DNA of 63,548 nucleotides, filler included, from Octopus bimaculoides (taxonomy: Eukaryota): NCBI RefSeq assembly GCF_001194135.2. It is 4 parts of 4 records of this genome, joined end to end, with 100 filler letters (N's around TTAATTAATTAA, not from the genome) between each part and the next. Parts side by side here need not be neighbours in the genome. Positions count along the whole stretch, not along the records: positions 1 to 24,456 come from NC_068995.1; positions 24,557 to 50,399 come from NC_068992.1; 2 more parts are not named here. The stretch is one strand, 5' to 3'. This document shows positions 12,065-25,017 of the stretch, one piece after another. Positions within the stretch are counted from its first letter, which is position 1; each line of letters starts with the position of its first letter. The notes beneath the pieces are model-generated. The model worked only from the letters and a program-made list of their open reading frames with translations. It had not been told where the DNA came from and did no database searches. Made by a program: the position numbers and the translations under genes.

Positions 12065-15000
12065 NNNNNNNNNNNNNNNNNNNNNNNNNNNNNNNNNNNN
12101 NNNNNNNNNNNNNNNNNNNNNNNNNNNNNNNNNNNNNNNNNNNNNNNNNNNNNNNNNNNNNNNNNNNNNNNNNNNNNNNNNNNNNNNNNNNNNNNNNNNN
12201 NNNNNNNNNNNNNNNNNNNNNNNNNNNNNNNNNNNNNNNNNNNNNNNNNNNNNNNNNNNNNNNNNNNNNNNNNNNNNNNNNNNNNNNNNNNNNNNNNNNN
12301 NNNNNNNNNNNNNNNNNNNNNNNNNNNNNNNNNNNNNNNNNNNNNNNNNNNNNNNNNNNNNNNNNNNNNNNNNNNNNNNNNNNNNNNNNNNNNNNNNNNN
12401 NNNNNNNNNNNNNNNNNNNNNNNNNNNNNNNNNNNNNNNNNNNNNNNNNNNNNNNNNNNNNNNNNNNNNNNNNNNNNNNNNNNNNNNNNNNNNNNNNNNN
12501 NNNNNNNNNNNNNNNNNNNNNNNNNNNNNNNNNNNNNNNNNNNNNNNNNNNNNNNNNNNNNNNNNNNNNNNNNNNNNNNNNNNNNNNNNNNNNNNNNNNN
12601 NNNNNNNNNNNNNNNNNNNNNNNNNNNNNNNNNNNNNNNNNNNATACATAGCATTCACAGAAAACATCTTTAAGGCCTGTCTCACACAACACCTTTACAC
12701 GATCTATAACAGTTGTAGAAGGAATTCTACATCATTATCTAAGTACATCTGGTACCTAAAGAAACAGTATAAAAAACCCCAGATCTTTTCTGTTTGGCTG
12801 CCACTTTTCAATTTCTTCAGTTTTTGTTCCAATTGATTTCATAGTTGGCATATTGGCATAGTTTTGTAAAGTAATCGTTGACATGAAATTCATTTTCAAC
12901 GTAAATCAATAAATAAAGAGTTAATAGCTTTTAAAGTTTGCAAATTTGGGGTAAATTTGGTGAATCAAAAGCTACAGACATATAGGTGCCTGTTTCCATA
13001 ATAACAAGCCAAATTGTTACCAAATTGCTTACCCCTCTGTTGTGGTCCTGTCAAGCCACATGGTCATTTTTTGCTTATTAAATGCTTAAAATATGGGGTA
13101 TGAGTTGATTATGAAAAAACAGCTAAATAGGTCTTAAATCCCGTACCAGAAAAATTGGGGGAGGGGTGCATAATCATATGAATTCCTGTATAGAATAGAA
13201 ATTTGCAAAAATTTTCTAAAGTTTCCAAAAAACAAAAACATTATAAGGGTTTGTGTCATGCGTAAAGCAGAATTCCACCAGTATTTCAGTTGTTTACAGT
13301 TGGCATGTGCAGTTACACACAAAATGACAGCTTCCAAATCCTGTTTTCTGACTGGGTAATCAAATTTTAAACTTCTGTAATTTTTCTGGAAAAGTGAATT
13401 ATCCCTTGAGATTCAGTGTGGAAAATTACATCAATACACCAAATTTTAAAATTTTCATTAAACTTGAAAATTTCCACAGGTGCAGCCAAATAGAAAGGAT
13501 CTACAACCTCTATCAAGTGGAGCATTTAAGGTAAAGCAAATGCCTATAATGGTCATGGCAAAAGACGTAATCTGTGAGTAACTGAAAAACTGCATATCCT
13601 GTCTGCAACAAACCTAAACAAGTCAGGAGACATTTGCCTCCTGCCTACATGCAAGAAAATTCAGTCTACAAGTATTTAAACATACTCCTTCCCCAGATGA
13701 ATTCCATCTCCAAACAGAATAGCAGTAACCTGAATGCAAATTTCTAGTCATAGGCACCCCCCACATTCATCACTCTTACCATGGTAGTCATTGCCCACCC
13801 CACCGTTATCCTAACCATCACTGTCATTACAATTGCCCCACTCCCAGTTTTTCAATGACTTCATTATTATTGCCACTATAGGAACCACTGTAACTTGTGG
13901 TACATATACACTTTACAGAATCATGGCTGGCTTTAGGACCTAATCTTTTCGACATTACAACTATATCTGCCACCAATCCCACTTTATTTATACTATCTGT
14001 TGGTTACCTGTGTCAATATGTATGTTCAATATTTTTATTATCATTGCTGTCACCTGATATTGTACCCTGATATTATCTCACTCTTTCATTTGTTCTATAC
14101 ATCTTCTTATCATTAATTAGTCTTATTTCAATTACTTCATTTATATTTTACCCAAATTTCCTTTCATATCTAGGCTTCTAGTTTTTCTAAGTCTTTAACT
14201 CCCTTTCATTTTACTGTCTTTTTCCTGATTCATAATTTTTACGAACTCTCAATATCCTTACATTCTCATGTGCCCCATTTATCTTTCAATCATCTTTCCA
14301 GTTACTTTTCTTTATTCATTTTTCCCCCAATATTTTTATCAACATTTTTTCCCAGCTTAATGTTCCTTACAATATTATTTATATCCCCACCAATATTTCT
14401 AATTTCTTTTCCATTTGTATTGAAACATGTTTGGGAGAGGCATTTTACATTAATCAAAAAATTTGTAACATAGCATCAAGCATACAACCTGTAACACAAA
14501 GTACCAAAATAAATTAAAAGAAAATAATATGAGCTGTGGGATTATTATAGATATGTACAAGATTTATTTTCTCACTTATTCTACATATATAAATAACACT
14601 CAAATAAAATTAACATCTTTGTCATACTATAAAAAAAATGATGCAATTTTTTTAACCTCTAGTTACTGTTGCTAGTCCAATTTACAACATTTATCATTTT
14701 TTTCTTTAACCTACATCAACAACAACAAAATGTATGCATTATACTAATTCCTTACTTAGAAAAAAATATTCAAGTGGTGGGGTATAACGAGAGATGGAAA
14801 TGAGTGACTATGCAGGGAATTTGATATACACCCATATTGCAGCTCATTGAGAGAGGTAGTTTAGTGTTAGTCCTATCTTCACAATGTCAACCCCTTGGAC
14901 CTTTGTGTATCCCTAGTTCTTGATACCCATTTCCACTATTGGGTTTAACTGACTGAATCAAGAACACTAGAACATTACTAGTACATTATTTATTTAATAG

Positions 15001-15599
15001 AGGGAAGGCCAGTAGAGTTTGATTTCAGAATCTAACTAAAAATAGGATAGTTTGTTACTCCACAATTACTGCTACTAAAACATACAATATTTGAAAACTT
15101 TCTCCCATAAATATTATCTTTCCATTAGTCACTTTTCTGCCTGTCTTCCTTTACTGAGTGATGCTTTTCTCTTTTCTCCCACTCTGTAAATCTCTTAGCT
15201 ACCTATTTATCTTTCTCAACCACATATATTTATTATACTTTCTGTCTCCCAGGACAGCCATTGCTTCCTCCTTCCACATTCCTATAGCATGACCAAAAGA
15301 AGAAAAATGTTAAACAGTGGCATGTGGGTACCATATGACATTAACATAATATTGATTTCCCCCCCCCCCACCTCACTACACACTACTCTCCTTCCCTCAT
15401 AACAGCTACAACACAAATGAACATTTAATGCATCAATGGGTTACATAGGATTTGTTGAGACATTTTTCAACAACCAGATGCACTTTCTGTCACCAACCCT
15501 CAGCCAGACATGTTTCTCAAGGAAGACTGGAAGTGAATAATATCACTTGTTTGGCAGTGATTCACATTTACAACCATCTTGTAATGTCAAGATAAGGAG

Positions 15600-15770
15600 A
15601 CACACACATGTATACGATGGACTTCTTTCATTTTATGTCTACCAAATTCACTCACAAAGCCTTGTTTAGTCTGGAGAAACAGTAGAATTCGTTTGCCCAA
15701 GGTGCTGAACAGTGTAACTGAACCTGATACTACATGAGAAGCAAACTTCTCAACCACACAATGCCTGCAC
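15600..15770 (-). mobile_element. SINE family A, old copy
   Basis: GTCTACCAAATTCACTCACAAAGCCTTG...TTGCCCAAGGTGC matches 342-495. Confidence 0.65.
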
Positions 15771-16229
15771 ACTAAACTTATTTGCAAGCTGCCTCAATCA
15801 TAGCTATGTTACACAATTATCAAACACATATAGTTACAGTAGAGACAAATAAGCTAGCATCTTCAAAAACTATAGTAAAAATTCATTTTCTGAAATTTAC
15901 ATGAAATTATAATTTATCACTATACTTACTTGAGACTTACTGAGGTCTAATCTCTCAGCACCTTCTTCTTTACATTTGTTAAATTCTTTACTTACATCCT
16001 ACAATTAAAAGAATAAAACTTCCATAAATTTATATGATTAATTGTAAATCATAAATGAAATAGAAAATAGCAAAAATGAAATAGTAGCATCAATGCAAGG
16101 AGATAGAGAATAAGTCAGAGACATGTTAGCCTCAATAGAGGTCCACTAAGCAGGAATCTGTTCCAATCAGTCAAATATATCAGAAGAGTTAATTATTAAA
16201 GAAGAGAGATAGTGATAAGGAGATCAAAT

Positions 16230-16500
16230 ACTAGTACTACTTTAGTACACTGAGAAAATGGATACATGAAGACCATTATCTGATATAAACATGAAAAATG
16301 ATGCATAAGGTAGTTCTTATACCAACTCTCTCCTATATGGTTCTGAAAACTGGACAAGTTATTGACACAACCTACTAATATACTACTAAACATGTCTGAG
16401 AAAAATCAAGTGCATTTAGGGACAGAACACACAGAGGAATACCAGAGTGTTCAAACAAATTAATATCTCCTGCCCTAAAACCATTGGCTATTCAACATCA
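16230..16500 (+). mobile_element. Very old RTE C-terminal remnant
   Basis: GTAGTTCTTATACCAACTCTCTCCTATATGGTTCTGAAAACTGG reads VVLIPTL..YGSENW (RTE YG.E.W motif, frameshifted). Confidence 0.45.
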
Positions 16501-16574
16501 TCTTTGGAGGGATAAACTCACTGTCTGAATACTAGACCACATGTGCACACACACATACACACACATATATATTA

Positions 16575-17890
16575 ATATTTTAGCAAAAACCAAAGTCTTA
16601 GTAAGTAGGCAAGCAGACAAGAGACAAATCCCTTCAGGTAGATGGACCTGCTCAATATGTAGAAAAGGTGTAGGTAGAAACTCCGTAAGAGATATCTGGT
16701 GCAAGCTATGGACACACAAGAGGTGTAGCAATATCAGAGGAAGGTTAACTGAGAAAATAGACTTTGTGTATGGTAGATGCACAGGTACAATAAACACTAG
16801 AAATGTAAAGAACATAGACTACATCAAATACCAGGGAAGATACCTAGAAGTAGTTGATAGCTTCCATTACCTAGGTGACCAAGTTAGCAGTGGAGGTGGA
16901 GCTGCTAGAATAAGCTGGGCACAGTTCAGAGAGCTTCTACCTCTGTTGGTAACAAAGGGCCTGTCCCTCAGAACGAAAGGCAGACTGTATGTTGCCTGTA
17001 TGCAAACAGGCATGCTCCACAGCAGTGAAACATGGGCTGCGACCACAGAGGACATGCAAAGGTTTGAAAGAAGCTACTATGCTTCACTGGATGTGCAATG
17101 TCAGTGTGCATGAGCAACATACCATAAGTGTCTTGAGAGAAAACTAGGCATAAGAGGCATCAGATGTGATGTGCAAGAGAGATGAGTGTGCTGGTATGGT
17201 CATGTGATGCATATGGATAAGAAAAGCTGTGTAAAGAAGTGCCAATCTCTAATCATGGAGAGAACCTGTGAAAGAAGTAGATCGAGGAAGACATGGGAAG
17301 AGGTGGTGAAGCATAATCTTCAAATATTGGGCTTCACAGAGGCGATGAGTAGTGACAGAGACCTTTGGCAATATACTGTGCTTAAGAAGATTCATCAAGC
17401 CAAGTGAAATCATATTCGTAGCCATTGCTGGCACCATGTAAATAGCACCCATGAAATTGTAATAATGACTGTTGCCAGTAGCAGGATCTCCAAAATGATT
17501 TTCAAATGATGGCCCTCATGAAAGTGAAAGATGAGGTGGTGAAGCACGATGATGTGTGACCATGACCTTAGTGATATGCTGTGCTTGAGAAGACTTTTCA
17601 AGCCAAGTGAAGTTATAGTCATATTCATTGCTAGTGTCATGTAAATGGCATCCATGAAATCGCAGATGTGGCCATTACCAGTGTCATGTAGATGGCACCC
17701 CTGCCAGTAGCATGTAAAAAGCACCCATTATGCTCTCAGAGTGGTTAGCATTAGGAAGGGCATCCGGCCATAGAAAACCTACCAAATCATACTGGAACCT
17801 GATGCAGCTCTCTGGCTTACCAGTTCAAGTCAAAATAACTAACCCATGCTAGCATGGAAAGCGGACATTAAATGATGATAATGATGATGA
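16575..17890 (+). mobile_element. Second 5'-truncated RTE LINE of the same family as 6747, with duplicated stop/3' UTR segment
   Basis: CSICRKGVGRNS..C..CKLWTHKRCSNIRGRL, FHYLGDQV and LHSSETW. Segment 17300-17460 is repeated at 17530-17660. (GAT)n tail at 17875. Confidence 0.9.
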
Positions 17891-18464
17891 TATACATACA
17901 TGTAAATAGGATAGTTAAGAGAAGTGAAGTGGAGAACAGGTGTTTATTCTATTAATTTAGAGTTGTTTCATAATCTTGTTAGTTATATAATAGATATTAC
18001 ATCAATATCAATGTACATATAAAATACACATATGCAAACATATATAAATATGTGCATGTGTACCATATGTGAAAGGGTGCTGATATGGGAACCAACACAC
18101 TAACACTCAGAACAATAAAACGTGGTTGAAAACATCAACACTACTATTAAGTAAACTGACTCTACATTTTCACAGGCAATAGATGTTACCATTTATGATT
18201 TACGTCAAGACAGCAATGGTCATAGAACAATACAAATTCAGAGGAAGAAGCAGAAAAGTCAAAACGATTGAAAAAAAAAATTGTCAAATAATCAGAATGA
18301 AATAAGTTTGCCTAAACTAAGAAAGAACTAATTTGTAAAGAGTGATAGATTGACCAGTATTAATTTAGGTGAATAACAGAATAAATGAAGAAATATATAA
18401 AATGAAATAAATAATTCTTTTCTACTATAGGCATAAGGCCCGAAATATTCTTTTCTACACTAGG

Positions 18465-18665
18465 CACAAGACCCGAAATTTTGGGGGAGGGGCCCAGTCG
18501 ATTAGATCGACCCCAGTACACAACTGGTAATTAATTTATTGACCCTGAAAGGATGAAAGGCAAAGTCGACCTCGGCAGAATTTGAACTCAGAACGTAAAG
18601 ACAGACGAAATACCACTAAACACTTTGCCCAGCATGCTAACGTTTCTACCAGCTCACCGCCTTAA
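18465..18665 (-). mobile_element. SINE family B
   Basis: Minus strand reads GCGGTGAGCTGGTAGAAACGTTAGC...GAGTTCAAATTCTGCCGAGGTCGACTTTGCCTTTCATCCTTTCAGGGTCAATAAATT. Confidence 0.8.
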
Positions 18666-18830
18666 ATGAAATAAATAATGGAAGGACATATGGACAGCAG
18701 GAAAAGAGGAGCATAAAGGGTGAATAAAATAAGCTTTAAAAGAAAAATCGGATACTGAGAAGTGGGGAGGAATTGTTGGAATTTCATGACAATAAATCCA
18801 CTCTGGTAAGAATCCCCTAGAAATAGATAT

Positions 18831-20120
18831 AGGCTATGGGCTAGTGGGGGTCATGGTTCATCCCACTTGTCATTTACTTTAATGGGTATTTTCTTGTAGC
18901 CCTGCATCAGAAAATTGATGTTGCCAGCAAAATAACTGGGATAGAAAATACCCTCCATGGACCACACCCACTTTTACAGTGGGATCGGACATTGATACTG
19001 AAAGTGATGATGATGATTATTAATCGGACACTTGAAATGACCCATGAATGTAACAGATGATTAACAAACAATGTTGTCATCTTTCACAATTATGTGGTGT
19101 ATGTGGATGGGACAAAGTCCAATGCATTACAAAGTTAATGAAACTAAGAACAGATATAACTGTCATGAAAATAAGATACAACCAGGTAAGAATTAGGATG
19201 AATGCTTAATGGAAATGCGTTAATTCAAATTTTAATAATCTGAAGGGTGCTCAGCTGAGATTTCTAACTCAACTTTAAAGCAAACTCATACATCCATCGT
19301 TTTAATTCTGTGTATACACCTATCAGGAAGGAAGGTAACTGTCAAGACACTTGAAATGGACTTTGTTTAAACTTGAGAGATAGAAAGTATTATACAAGCT
19401 GACATTTATTTCAATATTAAAATTATATGGCACATTTCATAACAATGATATATAACAAACTGCTATGGTGTAGGTAGGGTCAACTTTATTTACTTTTGAC
19501 TTTGATGAAGATATTTTTACAATTTAATGTTTCATTTTATAGATCAACTCAAATATTATCTTCCAAATGTATTACTTGCTAGATTTTGCCGTTCTTCTAT
19601 TCAACATATTCAGCAATACCTACAAAACAGTATGTTTAAGTGCAGAAATATCTTACATTCTCCAGGGTAAACACTACTTCTTTTCAATGTTTTTTTTTTT
19701 ACTTCTGGTATTAAAAAGCACATGTTTTGATTAATTTTCAAAAAAAAAACAAAACAGTATGTGGTCTTGGTGATAAACAAAACCTGTGAATGCAAGATAA
19801 TATAGGTAAAGGTCAATGTTCGTGACCTTTTGACCTCTGATGACCATTTTACAGAATAAATGTGCTTAACATTTGCATGAACTTGTAGATCTTGGCCAGG
19901 CAATCATTTCAAGTGGTCATCTGAAATATTTTGGCAAAGAGTTGCAAAGTTAGAGCTGTTTCAATTTTCCATACCCCTAATTTTCTGCCTCCAGCTGTAA
20001 AAGTGAGTGTGGTCCATCCCAGTTTTTTTACTGGCAACATCAATTTTCTGGACGACATGAAAATACCCATCAAAGTAAATCACAAGGGGGGGTACCATAA
20101 TCCCCACTAGCCCATGGCCT
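18831..20120. mobile_element. Putative non-autonomous DNA transposon with ~130-150 bp TIRs and ATAT flanks
   Basis: 18831-18983 is the inverted repeat of 19990-20120 (AGGC(T/C)ATGGGCTAGTGGGG...AGAAAATTGATGTTGCCAG...CTTTTACAG). ATAT lies on both sides. Confidence 0.6.
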
Positions 20121-20234
20121 ATATATATATATTTTTTTCTTTTTTCCAAATTTGTGTATGGAATAATAGATCAGTTGAATAAAGATAAAACATGGTCTAG
20201 TTTTCATGTTTTTTATTATTGTATTTAAAAAAAA

Positions 20235-21322
20235 TTATTTTACAATGTTGAAGTGTGTTATACATGAAAAAAGTATTTTGTAATGTTCACTGTTAGTTTG
20301 TGAAATGGACAGATTTTCACAAATGCAGATATAAACATTTTTTGTTCTAATAGTTCTACCGGTATGCATATATTGACATGTTCTGCATCTGCTGCTATCA
20401 TTACACTTGGATACTGTGAATGTTTTATCCTGTTTGTTCATGCTGAATTTTGCCTTTGTTAATAGTCTCTTTAGGTTATGTGGTTGCCTTTTACTTAAGA
20501 TAAGAGTTTGATTAGTTATTGTGTTTTTAAATTTTTCACATTGTTTCATGATTGCCAAATTTCTTTTGATGATGTTAGAAATGTTTTGGTGATAAGTTCA
20601 TCTTTCACATGTTGCCCTAAGTTGTTCTATAGGTATCTCCTTTGCTCGTTGTATGCTATTTTCTATAAGTAGGAGAGGGTATTTTTGCTTGAACAGAAAT
20701 CCTTTGAGTTCTATAAGTTGCATGTTCCTGGTATTTGGATTGTCTACAATAGTACAAATTTTTCTGGCTAGACAGTATGGGATGTTAGGTTTTGTGTGTG
20801 TGTGTGTGTGTATCTATGCTTTTGTAATAAATATCAGTTATGATTATGATGTTGTTTTTAATTACCATTATGTCAAGAAATGGCAATTATCTGTTGCTCA
20901 TTTCTCTTGTGAATTTAAGACTAGGGTGTAGATTGTTGCAAGGGGTGCGGAAATCTTTCAGATTTTCAAGCAATTTAGTCCAAATTAGAAAACAATCATC
21001 TAGGTATCTTTTCCATGTGTCCTCTATATGTCTTCTAAAGGTCATGTCATAGCACTCTTCAATTTTTTATATAAGTTTTGTTCCAAGAATCTCAATGCTG
21101 AGTTCGAAAGCTGGAGCAAATCGCATCCCCATAGGTGTGCCTCGAATTTGTAGGTATTTTTTTTCCACTGAGGATGAGGCTGGCCGTGTCAAGTATGAGG
21201 GTTACTGTAAATATACTGGGGATCACTTCTCTATGTTTCCCGACCCAATATTTTATGGCAGCAATTCCCAAATTGTGTGGAATGTTTGTGTATAAGTATA
21301 TCACATCAAAACTAGAAGGAAC
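20235..21322 (-). mobile_element. Penelope-like RT core/thumb/Zn-linker (inverted block)
   Basis: SSFDVIYLYTNIPHNLG; SKRQPHNLKRLLTKAKF...SKCNDSSRCRTCQYM. Confidence 0.8.
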
Positions 21323-21324
21323 AA

Positions 21325-21830
21325 GGTAGTGAATACATAAAACTACTACAACCAAAAGACCTTAAACTAAGACCCATTATAGCTGGTCCAGCCTGACCTA
21401 CACATCGTCTGAGCAACCTCAATGACATTTATCCTAAAATCAGTATGTAGTCACGAACCCGTTTTTATTCAGGAAGCCATTGATTTCCACAGAGGCTGAT
21501 ATGAACTGCAAAAGCAGAAATTTGATCTGCTGCATTAAATGCCCTAATTGCAAGGACCTATATATTGGCAGACAGGGAATGCATTATCGGTACACACACG
21601 AGTCCACACACAACAAGTCCAGAACACTAATGTCCACCAAATTCCATTGAGCAAACATATAGAAACATGTGGGCATAAAATGTTTCTAATTTTTCCTTTC
21701 CACAAATTACATGACCCAAGTAGAGTTGGAAGAAAGACAAAAGGAAAACATTTTATTGAAATGTTCAAACCTGTTCTGAGTGGAAAAAACAACCAGTTTA
21801 TAATGCGGATTAAAAAATATCTTTAACATA
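21325..21830 (+). mobile_element. Penelope-like RT N-terminal piece joined to GIY-YIG endonuclease
   Basis: SEYIKLLQPKDLKLRPIIAGPA*PTHRLSN, then MNCKSRNLICCIKCPNCKDLYIG..TGNALSVHTRVH...LSKHIETCG. Confidence 0.8.
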
Positions 21831-22404
21831 TGAATATTAATGAATGACAGAAGATTCTCGCAAACTGAAATAAAAAACAATGAAAACCAACTAAGTATGC
21901 TCACTCATGAAACTATTACATGTAAACTGCTAATTGGTTTAAATAAGAGTGGGATCTATGCCAGTATTAACAATGCGCCTGAGACTACGAGGACATTTGA
22001 GCTGCATGCAGATTGGTCAAAACCATATCTGAAAGATAGAGCTTGTTGGAGCCTTCTAAGAGGTATAAAAAGGAAGAAGTCAGTCATTATCCTACAGTTC
22101 ACAACAACTCAACTGTCAGTTAGATACATATTGAAACTTAATGATTACTACGAACGGATGAAGGCACTAATTGAACTTCCTAAAGATTATAAACATATTT
22201 TTTTTAATGTTTAATGTACTTCAACATTGCAGTAAATACAGTAATAAACAACATGAAAACCGGACCATGTCTTAACATTATTCAGCTAATATATATATAT
22301 ATATANNNNNNNNNNNNNNNNNNNNNNNNNNNNNNNNNNNNNNNNNNNNNNNNNNNNNNNNNNNNNNNNNNNNNNNNNNNNNNNNNNNNNNNNNNNNNNN
22401 NNNN

Positions 22405-22528
22405 NGTGTTTGTCATATCTAAAAGAGTGCAAATGGGCTGCGTAGCGTTGTTTGAGGTTTTTAGTTGCACCTATGTATGTAGCTGTAGAATTATGTAATA
22501 GATTTCTTACAGTGCATTTATATATTAT
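22405..22528 (-). mobile_element. Penelope-like GIY-YIG fragment (inverted)
   Basis: IIYKCTVRNLLHNSTATYIGATKNLKQRYAAHLHSFRYDKH. Confidence 0.8.
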
Positions 22529-23620
22529 TTGATATAACCATGGGATTTTCTGATTCCGCTCAGGCCACAGATTTAGTTGGATTATATATACATCAACCAA
22601 TTGCGATCACATTCCCCTAATATCCGTGGTGGTCTATATAGGGATGATGCTTTATTCATTACCAAGGCTATTAATAAATCTTCTATGGAAAGGACTAAAA
22701 AAGGATCTACACAAATTCTTCTCTAATATGAATCTATCAATCACATTTGAAAACGCGTATAAAACGGCTAACTTTCTAGACGTCACTCTAAACCTATCAA
22801 ACTCGCAACACTCCCCCTATCATAAACCTAACCAGTACCTAAAATAACTCAATATTCGCTCTAATCACCACAGATCTACTTTCGATAACATAATCATGGG
22901 TATCTCAACCTGCATATCTGATCTATCTTCTTCCGAAGAAATCTTTAACAATCACGCTCCATACTACAATCAAGCTCTCGTGGCTAGTGGTTTCTCCCAA
23001 CAAATACAATATATCCATAACACCAGACTTAAACAATTTATATCCCAAATCACATCCCAAAGACATACCATTAATCACAACCGCAACCAACCACCCACCT
23101 ACATATTCCAACAGACCCCACAAACACACTTATAACACTAGGGCTAAATCTAAGATGTATAAAACAGTTAGCTACACCAAAAATGTAGACAACTGTTCTC
23201 CACCTAAATACTTAGATTACAACATACACAGAACCCCCCCAAAANNNNNNNNNNNNNNNNNNNNNNNNNNNNNNNNNNNNNNNNNNNNNNNNNNNNNNNN
23301 NNNNNNNNNNNNNNNNNNNNNNNNNNNNNNNNNNNNNNNNNNNNNNNNNNNNNNNNNNNNNNNNNNNNNNNNNNNNNNNNNNNNNNNNNNNNNNNNNNNN
23401 NNNNNNNNNNNNNNNNNNNNNNNNNNNNNNNNNNNNNNNNNNNNNNNNNNNNNNNNNNNNNNNNNNNNNNNNNNNNNNCTTGATTCTAACTTCCCCCGAC
23501 AACATAAATACCATTCTATATTCAACAGATCCACTTTGAAACTGTCGTATTCAACCACTCCTAACTTCGAATCTATTATAGCAACTTCTAATAAACATAA
23601 ACTGGAAGTTAATTCATAAA
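22529..23620 (+). mobile_element. Penelope-like RT (second family), frameshifted
   Basis: FDITMGFSDSAQATDLVGLYI, GGLYRDDALF, NFLDVTLNL..HSPYHKPN, SSSEEIFNNHAPYYNQAL and LKLSYSTTPN. Confidence 0.85.
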
Positions 23621-23639
23621 GAGATACGAAATCAAAACT

Positions 23640-24456
23640 GGCATGACAGCCTTTCTATACAAGACAATGACCTCAAACTAAGTCATTTTATATCAACCAT
23701 ACAAGACATATGCGCCAAATACATGCCAAAAAGAAAGACCAGCAAACATGCCAATAGAATTCCTAGAGACAGGAAAATCCTTATGAGACACAGATCAAAG
23801 GTCTCCAACCAGTTAAATAGAGGATAGGAAAAGGATTAAATTAAAACTAACAGTGTTAGAAATAGAAAACAAGATCAAACTCTCCCATGAAAAGGAGAGA
23901 GCAGAGAAGGAGAAGAGAGCAGTAGAAAGCATAAAAACAAACCCCAAGGCTTTCTATAGATTTGCAAAAGAGACTGTTACAGCACAGTATAAAATAGGAC
24001 CCCTATTCCTGCCTAATGGCTCACTGACTACAGACCCCACATGGATAAGTGAAGTGCTCAGTGCACAATTCACGAGTGTATTCACTTCTCCTCTGAGTCA
24101 CATGCAGATAAAGAACCCAGCTGATTTCTTTGACAATAGCACTCAGCAGAAAAAGACTGCCTCCATTACCTACATTGACATTGAAGAGGAAGATGTAATA
24201 GCTGCAATAAATGAAATGAGCTCAAATTCAGCAACTGGTCCCGATGGTTTCGCAGATGTCCTCTTAAAGTCGTGTAAACAAGAATTAGCGGGACCACTCC
24301 GGATACTCTTCCAGAGTTTCCTTGCAAGTGGTAAACTTCCCAAAATGCTGAAGGAAGGCACCATATGTCCTATCCATAAAGGTGGAAGCAGAGCAGAGGC
24401 TGGGAACTACACTTCACATATTAGCAAAGTCATGGAACAAATTGTCAGAAGGAGAT
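23640..24456 (+). mobile_element. CR1-group LINE ORF2 fragment (pre-RT and RT start)
   Basis: IKTNPKAFYRFAK, SATGPDGF..VLLKSCKQELAGPL and ICPIHKGGSRAEAGNY. Confidence 0.85.
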
Positions 24457-24500
24457 NNNNNNNNNNNNNNNNNNNNNNNNNNNNNNNNNNNNNNNNNNNN

Positions 24501-24512
24501 TTAATTAATTAA
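24501..24512. other. Artificial scaffold linker TTAATTAATTAA within a 100-bp placeholder gap
   Basis: 44 N + 12 bp + 44 N; palindromic, with stops in all six frames; identical at 50444 and 62422. Confidence 0.9.
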
Positions 24513-24962
24513 NNNNNNNNNNNNNNNNNNNNNNNNNNNNNNNNNNNNNNNNNNNNATTTACAAGTACATGTGGGCCTATTTACAATTGAAAAAAATCAA
24601 AAATTAAAAAATTGTATTCAAAATACAAAAAATAGCTTGAGAATTGAAACAACAGGCACTGAAAGTGCATAACACCCAATAAATCGATAAAATTATTACG
24701 ACGTCTATGCCCCGCGCCCCACCTGAATTTTCTCAGGCCCCACCTTGGGAATCACTGCTCTACAGTAACCTAGAAAGCGTCCCTATGTATCTGTATGACT
24801 CAGTAAAAGTGCCTCTGCATGTTTGTATCCGTGGATCTAAATATTCTATAACTTTGGAGTGGTATACCATATGGTTATATCATAAATTGGTATATCCAAT
24901 AACTTAACACAGCTGTATGCGGTGGCGATATAAGCAATGTGTTCGGAGACAAGAATGGGTTA

Positions 24963-25017
24963 GATGGGTGCTGATGAAAGGGCAAACAACCCCTGAAATA
25001 TGGCATATACATTCATT
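24963..25017 (+). ncRNA. Candidate minimal type I hammerhead ribozyme
   Basis: CTGATGA (24971-77), stem II AAGGG/CCCCT with one A-C mismatch, GAAA (24995-98), palindromic stem III ATATG-G-CATAT, cleavage triplet AUA (cut after 25009), and an 8-bp stem I GATGGGTG/CATTCATT. Confidence 0.65.

Noticed and set aside
24501-24512. TTAATTAATTAA palindromes isolated in gaps (also 50444 and 62422) as a biological motif
   Set aside because: Each is centred in an exact 44N+12+44N block and has stops in all six frames, so it is an assembly linker.
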